A stretch of 64,000 bases of DNA from Planctomycetota bacterium (GTDB lineage: Bacteria; Planctomycetota; UBA1135; GCA-002686595), in assembly GCA_016709875.1 (NCBI GenBank), contig JADJLZ010000009.1:218824-282823 (forward strand). Direction: 5' to 3'. The stretch's first letter is position 1. Each line of letters begins with the position of its first letter. A program made the position numbers and the translations under genes. Below the pieces are notes generated by a model. That model was not told the DNA's origin. It ran no database searches and saw nothing but the letters and a program-made list of their open reading frames with translations. Shown in pieces: positions 55,801-64,000 of this stretch.

Positions 55801-56361
55801 TCAGACCTCCATGATCTCGGCGGTCTTCTTGTCGAGGACCCCGCTGACCTTCTCCTCGTACTCCTTCAGGACCTTCTGGATCTCGTCCTGGAGCGCCTTG
55901 TGCTCGTCCTCGGTCAGGCCGCCGCCCTTGGACTCGGCCTCGGCATGCTTGTTCTGGTCGCGGCGCGCGTTGCGCATCGCGACGCGCGTCTCCTCGGCCA
56001 GTTCCTTGACCTTGGCCGCGTACTTCTTGCGCTGGTCGCCGGAGAGCGGCGGCATCGTGAGGCGCAGGATCTTGCCGTCGGATTGCGGGTTGATGCCCAG
56101 GTCGGACTTCTGGATCGCCTTGGTGAGCTCGCCGAGCACCGACGCGTCGAAGGGCTTGATCACGATCTGGCGCGGCTCAGGGATCGAGATCGCCGCCATC
56201 TGGGAGATCGGCGTGGGCGTGCCGTAGTACTCGACGCGGATGTGCTCGACGAGCGCCGCCGAGGCGCGCGAGGTGCGGATCGCGCGCAGCAGGTCCTGCA
56301 GGTGGTGCAGGGACTTGTCCATCTTCTCGCGCGTGTCCTTGACGATCTGTTGGTAGCTCAT
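55801..56361 (-). CDS. frr: Ribosome recycling factor
   Basis: MSYQQIVKDTREKMDKSLHHLQDLLRAIRTSRASAALVEHIRVEYYGTPTPI... 185 aa. The track ORF is extended 5' by an in-frame upstream Met. Confidence 0.9.
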   Translation of the reverse strand: MSYQQIVKDTREKMDKSLHHLQDLLRAIRTSRASAALVEHIRVEYYGTPTPISQMAAISIPEPRQIVIKPFDASVLGELTKAIQKSDLGINPQSDGKILRLTMPPLSGDQRKKYAAKVKELAEETRVAMRNARRDQNKHAEAESKGGGLTEDEHKALQDEIQKVLKEYEEKVSGVLDKKTAEIMEV

Positions 56362-56363
56362 GG

Positions 56364-57080
56364 TCAACTCCGGATCCTCGTGCCCAGCGTCTCGCCGCGC
56401 ACGACGCGTTCGAGATTGCCCTCTTCGAACATGTTGAAGACGACGACGGGCAGGCGGTTCTCCATGCACAGGGTGATCGCCGTGCCGTCCATCACGCCCA
56501 GGCCCTGCTGGAGCACCTGCATGTAGGAGAGCTCCTCGTAGCGCTTGGCGGACTTGTCCTTCTTGGGGTCGGCGGTGTACACGCCGTCGACCTTGGTGCC
56601 CTTCAGCAACACCTCGCAGGAGAGCTCGGTCGCGCGCAGCGCGGCGGCCGTGTCCGTGGTGAAGAAGGGATTGCCCGTGCCCGCGGCGAGGATCACGACG
56701 CGTCCCTGAGTGAGGTGCGCCAGCGCGCGGCGGCGCACGAAGGGCTCGGCCACCTGGCGGATCTCGATCGCGGTCTGCACGCGCGTCTCCAGGCCCTGCT
56801 GCTCGAGCGCGTCCTGCAGCGCGAGTGCGTTGATGACCGTGCCGAGCATGCCCATGTAGTCGGCGCTGGCGCGCGGGGCGCCGAGCTTGGAGAACTCCGC
56901 GCCGCGCAGGATGTTGCCCCCGCCCACCACGATCGCGAGCTCGACACCCAGGCCGGCGACGCGCGCGACCTGGCGCGCGATGACCTGCACGGCCTCCGGA
57001 TCGATGCCGTGGCCGCTCGAAGGATCGCCGAGGGCCTCGCCGGAGAGCTTGAGCAGGACGCGCTGGTACGAGGTGGCCAT
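56364..57080 (-). CDS. pyrH: UMP kinase
   Basis: …[12 protein letters not shown]…[11 protein letters not shown]… are the UMP kinase signatures. Confidence 0.9.
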   Translation of the reverse strand: MATSYQRVLLKLSGEALGDPSSGHGIDPEAVQVIARQVARVAGLGVELAIVVGGGNILRGAEFSKLGAPRASADYMGMLGTVINALALQDALEQQGLETRVQTAIEIRQVAEPFVRRRALAHLTQGRVVILAAGTGNPFFTTDTAAALRATELSCEVLLKGTKVDGVYTADPKKDKSAKRYEELSYMQVLQQGLGVMDGTAITLCMENRLPVVVFNMFEEGNLERVVRGETLGTRIRS

Positions 57081-57163
57081 GCAGGGATCGCGGTCAGGAG
57101 AGGGAACGGGCGCCGGTCCCCAAGGATAGGGAACCGACGCCCGGATTTCAGCACCGGAGGAGG

Positions 57164-58015
57164 CTACTTGCCGATCTGGACGCGCGTGAAGGCCACGATC
57201 TTCGTGCCCTTGCCGAGCGCATCCTCGAGGACCTTCTGCACGGTCTTCGAGTCGTCCTTGATCCAGGGCTGCTCGGGCAGCACGCGCGCGGCGTAGAACT
57301 TCTCGAGCTTGCCGGCGACGATCTTCTCCTGCATCTCGGCCGGCTTGCCCTTGACCTCTTCGAGGTAGATCGCCTTCTCGCGTTCCACGTCCTCGGCGGG
57401 CACCTCGGCGCGCGTCACCGCGGCCGGGTTGTGCATCACGATGTGCATCGAGAGCTCGCGCAGGGTGGCGACGGCCTTGTCTTGCGGACCGCTGGTCGTG
57501 ACCGAGACGAGCGCGCCCTTCTTCTGGTCGTGGTGCACGTAGAAGCCCACGAAACCCTGGGCGTTCTCGTAGCGCGCGAGGCGCGCGACCTTGATGTTCT
57601 CGCCGGTCTTGCCGGAGAGCATCTTGGCCGAGTCCTCGACGCTGTTGCCCGAGGGCAGCTTGGCGGCGTTGAGCGCCTCGGCGTTCGAGAGGCCGGACTG
57701 CACCGCCAGCGCGGGCAGGCCGCCGAGCAGCGACTGGAACTCGTCGTTGCCGGCGAGAAAGTCCGTCTGGCAGGTCATCGCGACCAGCGCACCCTTGCGC
57801 GCGGTGGAGTCGACGTGCACCGCGACGCGGCCTTCGCCCATCTCGCGGTCAGCCTTCTTCTCGGCCGACTTCATGCCCTGCAGGCGCAGGAGGTCGACAG
57901 ACTTCTCCATGTCGCCGCCGGTCGCGGCGAGCGCCTTCTTGCACTCCATCATGCCCTGGCCGGTCCGCTCGCGCAGGTCGGCCACCATCTTCGAGGTGAT
58001 CTCCATCGTGCTCAT
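57164..58015 (-). CDS. tsf: Elongation factor Ts
   Basis: …[20 protein letters not shown]… is the UBA-like N-terminus of EF-Ts. Confidence 0.9.
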   Translation of the reverse strand: MSTMEITSKMVADLRERTGQGMMECKKALAATGGDMEKSVDLLRLQGMKSAEKKADREMGEGRVAVHVDSTARKGALVAMTCQTDFLAGNDEFQSLLGGLPALAVQSGLSNAEALNAAKLPSGNSVEDSAKMLSGKTGENIKVARLARYENAQGFVGFYVHHDQKKGALVSVTTSGPQDKAVATLRELSMHIVMHNPAAVTRAEVPAEDVEREKAIYLEEVKGKPAEMQEKIVAGKLEKFYAARVLPEQPWIKDDSKTVQKVLEDALGKGTKIVAFTRVQIGK

Positions 58016-58049
58016 CGTGTGCTGGGGTTTGGGGAGCCGAGCGCGGAGC

Positions 58050-58937
58050 TCAGGTCTCCTCGGGGGCCGGGGTGGCGAGCTTGTCGAGGCCGCCGGAGAG
58101 GCCGGTGGACTCGGAGCGGCGTCCGCGCGCGAAGCGGCCGGACATGTTCTCCGGCATGCGGTTCTTGCCGGTCGGACGCGGCTCGTCGCCGCTGCGCGGC
58201 TGCGGGTCGTCGGAGTGCTTCTCGGCCGCGCCGGTGGTGGCCATGCGCTCGCGGTGGTTGGCGGCGCCTTCCTCCACGGAACGCACGAGGTTGTCGAGGA
58301 TCAGGCGCACCGACTTCAGCGCGTCGTCGTTGCCCGGGATCACGATGTCGATGCCGCTGGGATCGCAGTCGGTGTCGAGCACGCCGATCACGACCAGACC
58401 CATCTTGCGCGCTTCCTTGACCGCGTTGGCCTCGCGCGCGGGATCGACCACGACCATCGCGCCGGGGATCGTCGTCATCTCGCGGATGCCGCCCAGGTTG
58501 CGCACGATCTTGCGCCGCTCGCGGCGCAGGCTCGAACCCATCTTCTTCGAGTACTGGTTCATGCCGCCTTCCTCTTCCAGCTTCTCGAGCTCCTCGAGGC
58601 GCTTCAGGCGGCTGCGGATCACGGAGAAGTTGGTCAGGGTGCCGCCGATCCAGCGCTCGGTGACGATCGGCATGCCGGTGCGCTCACCGGCGTCCTGGAT
58701 GACGCCCTTCACCTGGCGCTTGGTGCCGACCCACAGGACGTTCGAGCCCTCGGCGGCGAGGTGGTAGAGCAGGTTCTTCGCGCGCAGGATCCCGCGCAGC
58801 GTCTCGCGCAGATCGATGATGTGGATCAGGTTGCGGCGGCCGTGGATGTACGGCGCCATCTTCGGGTTCCAGCGCGCCACGCGGCAGCCAAAGTGCACAC
58901 CCGCATCGATCAGTTCTTGGAGGTTGATGTCTTGCAT
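58050..58937 (-). CDS. rpsB: 30S ribosomal protein S2
   Basis: …AGVHFGCRVARWNPKMAPYI…, with an acidic C-terminal extension. Gene order rpsB-tsf-pyrH-frr is conserved. Confidence 0.9.
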   Translation of the reverse strand: MQDINLQELIDAGVHFGCRVARWNPKMAPYIHGRRNLIHIIDLRETLRGILRAKNLLYHLAAEGSNVLWVGTKRQVKGVIQDAGERTGMPIVTERWIGGTLTNFSVIRSRLKRLEELEKLEEEGGMNQYSKKMGSSLRRERRKIVRNLGGIREMTTIPGAMVVVDPAREANAVKEARKMGLVVIGVLDTDCDPSGIDIVIPGNDDALKSVRLILDNLVRSVEEGAANHRERMATTGAAEKHSDDPQPRSGDEPRPTGKNRMPENMSGRFARGRRSESTGLSGGLDKLATPAPEET

Positions 58938-59302
58938 GAGGTTCGCTGGTGCGGGAGCTGCTCCCGCTCGAGGCGTCCAGGCTCGCCCGAGATCATCACA
59001 GGTCGTTCCCGGCGGGAAATCCGTCGGGGCCGGAGGTGGAGCTCACGAGGCGCGCGCCGCCCGGAGTGCGGTTCGCGATCGCGCCGAGGGGGAGCAGGCC
59101 AAGGACACGCGACGGGCCTCGGCTGGCCGTGCGTCCCCCACCCCGCGCGGAGCCGGTCTTGGCCCCCCTGGCGCGGAATGCAGGGCCCAAGAGTGTAGCG
59201 GCGGCCTTTTCCCCGTCAACGGCAGGCCGGGACGCCCGCGAGGACCTAAAAGCGACTTCCCTAGGCCGGGGTAGACTTCCGAACTGCACCTTGCCGGACT
59301 CC

Positions 59303-60229
59303 ATGGACCAAGCCCAGAAAATCCTGCTCTGTGATCACCGCGGTCAGGGCTTCGGGGCCGTCCTGGCCGGCCTGCGCGCCGCGGGATGGGATGTCGCGGA
59401 GTCCGGACGCCTGGAGGACACCGCCCAGAGCCTCGCCAGCCTGCAGCCCGACCTGGTCCTGCTCGACCCGCTCATCGAGGGCGGCTCGTCCGAGGTCCAA
59501 CTCGTGCGCCAGGCCAGCGGCACGACGCCTCCCGCCCTGCTCTACCAGGTCGAGGGCGCCTGGCGCGAAGAGGCGCTCGCTGCGCTGCGCGAGAACGAAT
59601 TGCAGTTCGACCTCGTCCCGCGCCACGCGACGCCGGGCGAGATCGTCTGGCGCGCGGAGCGCCTGCTCGCGCAGCGCCGCTCGGGCCTCGAGGTCGAGGA
59701 GCTGCGCCGCCGCGCGCTCTTCGACGAGCGCACCGAGTTGCTGCGGCCCAAGGCCTTCGAGCAACGCCTCGTCGAACACTTCGCCGCAGCCGAGCGCCAC
59801 CATTTCCCGCTCGCGCTCGTGATCCTCGACCTCGACCACTTCGGCGAGTTCAACAAGCGCCGCGACCACACCTTCGGCGACCTCGTGATCGCGCGCGTCG
59901 GCGGCGTGATCCGCAGAAACCTGCGCACGGAAGACGCGGCCGGCCGGCTCGGCGGCGACGAGTTCGCGGTCGTGCTGCCGTACACGGGTGCCGTCGAAGC
60001 GGCCAAGGTCGTGCGCCGCATGCGCGACGAAATCGCGGCCTTGAACGGCCCGTTGCTCGGCGCGAGCGGCGGGCTCTCGATCGCCGCTTCGCTGGGATTC
60101 GAGACCTTCGACGGCGGCGATCTGGACTCGGTCGGGACGCTGCGCGCGCACGCCGAACGCGCGCTGCGCGCGGCGAAGGAAGCTGGCGGCGATCGCGGCA
60201 TGTACTACCGCAGCCTCGCGCGGGATTGA
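59303..60229 (+). CDS. Response-regulator receiver + GGDEF diguanylate cyclase
   Basis: Receiver-like N-terminus (…KILLCDHRG…PDLVLLDPLIEGG…). GGDEF domain with intact RLGGDEFAVVL. Confidence 0.7.
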   Translation: MDQAQKILLCDHRGQGFGAVLAGLRAAGWDVAESGRLEDTAQSLASLQPDLVLLDPLIEGGSSEVQLVRQASGTTPPALLYQVEGAWREEALAALRENELQFDLVPRHATPGEIVWRAERLLAQRRSGLEVEELRRRALFDERTELLRPKAFEQRLVEHFAAAERHHFPLALVILDLDHFGEFNKRRDHTFGDLVIARVGGVIRRNLRTEDAAGRLGGDEFAVVLPYTGAVEAAKVVRRMRDEIAALNGPLLGASGGLSIAASLGFETFDGGDLDSVGTLRAHAERALRAAKEAGGDRGMYYRSLARD

Positions 60230-60316
60230 GTCGCGGGCGCGGTTCGAATGACGGCATGCGCCGGCCCACAGGAGCCGACGCATGCGTTGGAGTCTGGCGG
60301 TTGTCGGAGCGAGACG

Positions 60317-61759
60317 CTACTGCTTCTCGAACGCGCCCATGTCCACGTACGTGTTCGCGGGAACGCCCAGATTCGCCGACGGCAGCCAGTCCACGTTGCG
60401 AACCGAACCGGTGTAGCAGACGGGCATGATCTGGGTGGTCGTGAAGCCGTCATCGTTCACGTCGAGGTTGTCGAACGGGAGCTTCGTTCGGTCGGCATTG
60501 TCGATGCACGGCGACGCCGGTGTGGCCTGTCCGGGGCCGAGCAGATGCAGGGTGTCCGGTGAGGCCAGCGACCTGAAGACAGGATTGAGATTCGTGATTG
60601 TGCCAGCGGCAAGGGTGCCTTGGATGTCGCAGTAGGACATGGCTGCTGGCGCGGCGCCCCCGAGAGGGTAGAAACCTCCCGCGGCAGTCGGATTGAAGTA
60701 GAGAATCGAATTGTGCACCTCGCAGTTCGCTCCGGTCCCCAGGTACAGGGCGTGGCCGTTTCCAATGCTCGGTGCCGAGTTCAACACCATCGTGCAGTTC
60801 ACCACCTGCGCGTTTCCAGGAGAACTCGAGCCCGTGCCCAGGCAAAGGCCGCCGCCGTGGCCAGACCCGCCGGCTCCCGTATTCGCCGTGTTGCGGTAGT
60901 AGATGCAGTTCGTGAACCACAGCGTGCTCGTCGGAGCCATGTCCTCCAGGTAGACCGCCCCGCCGTCGCTGAGCAGCGTGTAGTTCTCATTGAAGAGCAC
61001 GTTGACGATGTCGCCGGTCTTGAGGAACGCCCCGAAGAGTGCTCCGCCCTTCGACTCCACGTGATTCGATCGGAACTCCGAGGTCTTGATGTTCAGGCGC
61101 TGCTCGAAGCCAGGCGCCCCGGTGAAGTACAAGCCTCCGCCGTTCGCACCGCCCGCCTCGTTGTCGAAGAAGTACATGTTCGCGAGGTCGACCCCCGACC
61201 CTTCCGAGAACATTCCTCCCCCATTCGCGCCGCCGATGCCGCCAGATGCGTGGCCACGCGTAACCTGGAAGCCGTCGATCACGACGGGCACGGGTGTGAC
61301 GCCGCTGACAGTGATCACCCGCATGGTTGTGGTGCCATCCAGGATGGTATTCCTGAACAAACCGGCTCGGGTAGCGACCGAGCCCTCGCCGCCATCGAAT
61401 CCGCCGTAGATGAGCAGCTGCTTGGTGATCAGAAAGCCGTCGGTCGGGTTGCTTGGCACGTAGCTTCCGTCGGCCACCCAGAGGCTGTCACCTGGGCTTG
61501 CGGCCAGGATCGCGTCGTCGAGCGCCGTCGCCGTATTGAACGCGTTCGTCCAGTCGAGTCCGGTGTTCCCGCTGCCCGTCGCGTGCACATCCACGTGCCA
61601 AACCGTCGGCACCGGTGGGGTCAGCGCGGAGACCGAGAAGACGAGAGCGGTCGTGACGAGTACCAACAGAGCGGCGAGCGAAGCGAGACGATGTCGTTTC
61701 AGAGCGAGTTGCATGAGCAACCTCCGATTCAAGGAATTGGGAAGGAGATGGGAAGCCAA
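60317..61759 (-). CDS. Secreted right-handed beta-helix protein ('choice-of-anchor Q'-like), copy 2 (paralog of 3666-5033)
   Basis: N-terminal hydrophobic anchor/signal. Same beta-helix repeats, NSILYFN, C-terminal D-V-N-D-D-G...VDMGAFE motif. Confidence 0.7.
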   Translation of the reverse strand: MASHLLPNSLNRRLLMQLALKRHRLASLAALLVLVTTALVFSVSALTPPVPTVWHVDVHATGSGNTGLDWTNAFNTATALDDAILAASPGDSLWVADGSYVPSNPTDGFLITKQLLIYGGFDGGEGSVATRAGLFRNTILDGTTTMRVITVSGVTPVPVVIDGFQVTRGHASGGIGGANGGGMFSEGSGVDLANMYFFDNEAGGANGGGLYFTGAPGFEQRLNIKTSEFRSNHVESKGGALFGAFLKTGDIVNVLFNENYTLLSDGGAVYLEDMAPTSTLWFTNCIYYRNTANTGAGGSGHGGGLCLGTGSSSPGNAQVVNCTMVLNSAPSIGNGHALYLGTGANCEVHNSILYFNPTAAGGFYPLGGAAPAAMSYCDIQGTLAAGTITNLNPVFRSLASPDTLHLLGPGQATPASPCIDNADRTKLPFDNLDVNDDGFTTTQIMPVCYTGSVRNVDWLPSANLGVPANTYVDMGAFEKQ

Positions 61760-62249
61760 GTCTCAGCGAGCCGATCGATCTGGAACTGCGGGGCTCTCAG
61801 GAAGCCTCGCCCAGCAGTTCCCGGTGGGTGGTTCTGAACGCACCCCTCTTCCCAACAGCTGCAAGCCACCAGTTCACCAAGGGGCAACTGCACCGCCGTT
61901 CGATGCGATCCGCAGACGAGCGGGATCGCATTCGGCGAGGCATGGAGCTCCGCGCGGAAGGCGTTGGAGGCAAGGTTGGAATCGGGAAGCGATCCAGCAC
62001 GGGCGCACGCTACCAGCGAGCGGCGAGGATGTGGTGTAAGGGGGGGGGTAAGAGATGCTTGCCAGGTTGCACAAATGGGCGTCTGCATCGGGGCGCTCAT
62101 CGGCGGGACGAGGAGCGGATCGCCTGAAATCCAGGTCCCCTGAGCTGGGTCGTCGGGTAGTGTGAACCGCAGTTGGTGGAGGCGGCAAGCCGACCAAGCT
62201 CGCTGCACCGAAACGCACTCAAGGCCTCGCAAGCACGCAGGAGCTTCCC

Positions 62250-64000
62250 GTGAAAGTACTCTCGCTCGCAGCAGCACTCGCGACGTCGGCGTCCGTCTGT
62301 CACGCCCAGGTCACTGAGCGTGTGAGCTTGGGGCCCGGGTATCAGCAATCCCCCGGCGGCGCAGAACCAGCCGGGAACGGGGGGTATGTAAGCGCGGACG
62401 GCAGATACGTCTGCTTCATGTGCAGCGGCCAGTTGGCGGGTAGTAGCGTAGGGGTCAACGTTGGGCTTCTGCGAGACAGGCAAACCGGTACAACCGAATG
62501 CATCAGTGTCGACCCGGCTGGAGTACCGCAGGCAGCCAGCGTCAACCAGGGCCTTTGGCTTTCACACAATGGCCGGTTTGTGGCCTTCCGTGCCGAGGCC
62601 ACGAATCTCGTGCCCGGGGACACCAACGGTGTCGCCGACATCTTCCTGCGCGATCGCAGGCACGCAACCACGGAGCGGGTGAGCGTGGGTCCTGGTGGAA
62701 CACAATCGAACGCCCAGTCCATGTATCCGGCTGTCTCCGACGACGGGCGCTTCATCGTGTTCGTCAGCAGTGCATCCAATCTCGTCCTCGGAGACACGAA
62801 TGGGGTACCCGATATCTTCCTTCGGGATCGGCAGGCGGGCTCCACGCAGCGAGTCAGCGTTTCCAGCCTCGGGGCGCAGGGAAACGGAGCATCGGACCTC
62901 CCCTCGATCACGCCGGACGGTCGGTTCGTGGCGTTCATGAGTGCCGCATCCAACCTGGTTGCAGGGGACCTGAATGGCCATGCAGACGTGTTTCTGCGTG
63001 ACCGCGCGACCGGGTCGACCCAGCGCGTGAGCGTCGCGTCCGACGGAGCAGAGGGTGACGGCGACTCGTACCAACCCGCCCTCTCCGACGATGGGCGCTT
63101 CGTCGCCTTCAGCAGTTGGGCGACGACTCTGGTGCCGGGCGACACCAATTTCGCGATGGATGTCTTCGTCCGCGACATGCAGCTGGGAACAACCGAGCGT
63201 GTCAGCCTCGGACAGACGGGCGCTCAGGGCAATTCCCATAGCGGCTTTGCGAGCATCACCGCAGACGGTCGCTGGGTGTCCTTCTCCAGTGAAGCGAGCA
63301 ATCTTCTCGGTGGAAGCATCACGCCGCTCGGTGGCGTCTTCGTCCGCGACCGCCTGACCAATACGCTCGAGAAGGTCGACACGCCGACTGGAGGAGGGAT
63401 CCAGAACGGCATCCCACTTACGACCAGCATGACTCCCGATGGTCGCTACATTGCGTTTCGGAGCGAGGCCAGCGACCTGGTTCCCGGGGACACCAACAAC
63501 AGCGCCGACATCTTCATCCACGACCGTCACGCCTCCGGCTTCACCGGCATCTGCGACCCGGGCACGAACAACGTCCTCCCCTGCCCCTGCAACAACCCGC
63601 CCTCCGGCCCTGGCCAAGGCTGCGACAACTCCTCCTTCACCGGCGGTGCGATCCTCGCCGCGCAGGGCTACGCCTACGTCTCGATCGACAGCCTCGTCTT
63701 CACCACGCTGCTCGAAAACCCAGCGCCCCTCAGCATCCTGCTCCAAGGCTCAGGAGTAGCCGTGAACGGCGTCGCCTTCGGCCAGGGCGTGCGCTGCGCC
63801 GGCGGTGTGCTGAAGCGCCTCTACGTGAAGCAGGCCGCCAACGGCAGCATCACGGCGCCCGAACTCGGCGCCGGCGACGCGACGGTCTCCGCGCGCTGCG
63901 CGCAGCTCGGCATCCCGATCCAGTCGGGACAAGCGCACATCTACCAGGTCTACTACCGCGACTCGACCGTGCTCGGTGGCTGCCCCGCGGCGAGCACCTT
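62250..64000 (+). CDS. PD40/TolB-like beta-propeller repeat protein with Cys-rich C-terminal domain, copy 2 (3' end beyond window)
   Basis: GTG 62250 with an AGGAG RBS. Signal peptide VKVLSLAAALATSASVCHA. About 9 PD40-type repeats. C-terminal domain shares about 55% identity with 6558-7056. Open to the window end. Confidence 0.7.
   Translation, partial: MKVLSLAAALATSASVCHAQVTERVSLGPGYQQSPGGAEPAGNGGYVSADGRYVCFMCSGQLAGSSVGVNVGLLRDRQTGTTECISVDPAGVPQAASVNQGLWLSHNGRFVAFRAEATNLVPGDTNGVADIFLRDRRHATTERVSVGPGGTQSNAQSMYPAVSDDGRFIVFVSSASNLVLGDTNGVPDIFLRDRQAGSTQRVSVSSLGAQGNGASDLPSITPDGRFVAFMSAASNLVAGDLNGHADVFLRDRATGSTQRVSVASDGAEGDGDSYQPALSDDGRFVAFSSWATTLVPGDTNFAMDVFVRDMQLGTTERVSLGQTGAQGNSHSGFASITADGRWVSFSSEASNLLGGSITPLGGVFVRDRLTNTLEKVDTPTGGGIQNGIPLTTSMTPDGRYIAFRSEASDLVPGDTNNSADIFIHDRHASGFTGICDPGTNNVLPCPCNNPPSGPGQGCDNSSFTGGAILAAQGYAYVSIDSLVFTTLLENPAPLSILLQGSGVAVNGVAFGQGVRCAGGVLKRLYVKQAANGSITAPELGAGDATVSARCAQLGIPIQSGQAHIYQVYYRDSTVLGGCPAAST

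Overview
This is a very GC-rich bacterial chromosomal segment, roughly 70% GC by eye and not computed. GC3 bias is strong, so every strand carries long spurious antisense ORFs. No CRISPR array or transposase is visible. About 55 protein genes and 3 tRNAs can be supported. Coding density is high, and several gene pairs have GTGA or ATGA start/stop overlaps. Gene content resembles a deltaproteobacterial/Myxococcota-like genome, but taxonomy cannot be decided from here. Housekeeping loci: rpsB-tsf-pyrH-frr (minus); divergent kdpDE / kdpFABC; nadA; pruA (P5C dehydrogenase); xseA; pabB-pabC; pepP; a xerC/D-like recombinase; tRNA-Glu and two tandem tRNA-Lys. Most of the remaining genes encode secreted or membrane proteins. 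These include three paralogous signal-peptide HEAT-repeat proteins, a HEAT+vWA protein, an FG-GAP protein, a beta-helix+PA14 protein, an NfeD-flotillin pair and a DUF547 protein. Two copies of a divergent gene pair lie near the two ends of the window: a 'choice-of-anchor-Q'-like beta-helix protein on the minus strand, and a PD40/TolB-like beta-propeller protein with a Cys-rich C-terminal domain on the plus strand. Second-look items: (1) A periplasmic TlpA/ResA-like thiol:disulfide oxidoreductase gene whose in-frame TGA sits exactly at the first Cys position of the CxxC redox motif (W-[TGA]-P-P-C), making it a strong selenocysteine candidate with possible SECIS hairpins downstream. (2) An ECF sigma factor fused in one ORF to a transmembrane helix and a large periplasmic multi-domain region. 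(3) The duplicated secreted gene pairs and their shared ~150-aa Cys-rich C-terminal domain. (4) The paralogous HEAT-repeat secreted proteins. (5) Apparent frameshifts in the xerC-like gene and in one PD40 gene. (6) A G13 homopolymer upstream of the ECF gene.
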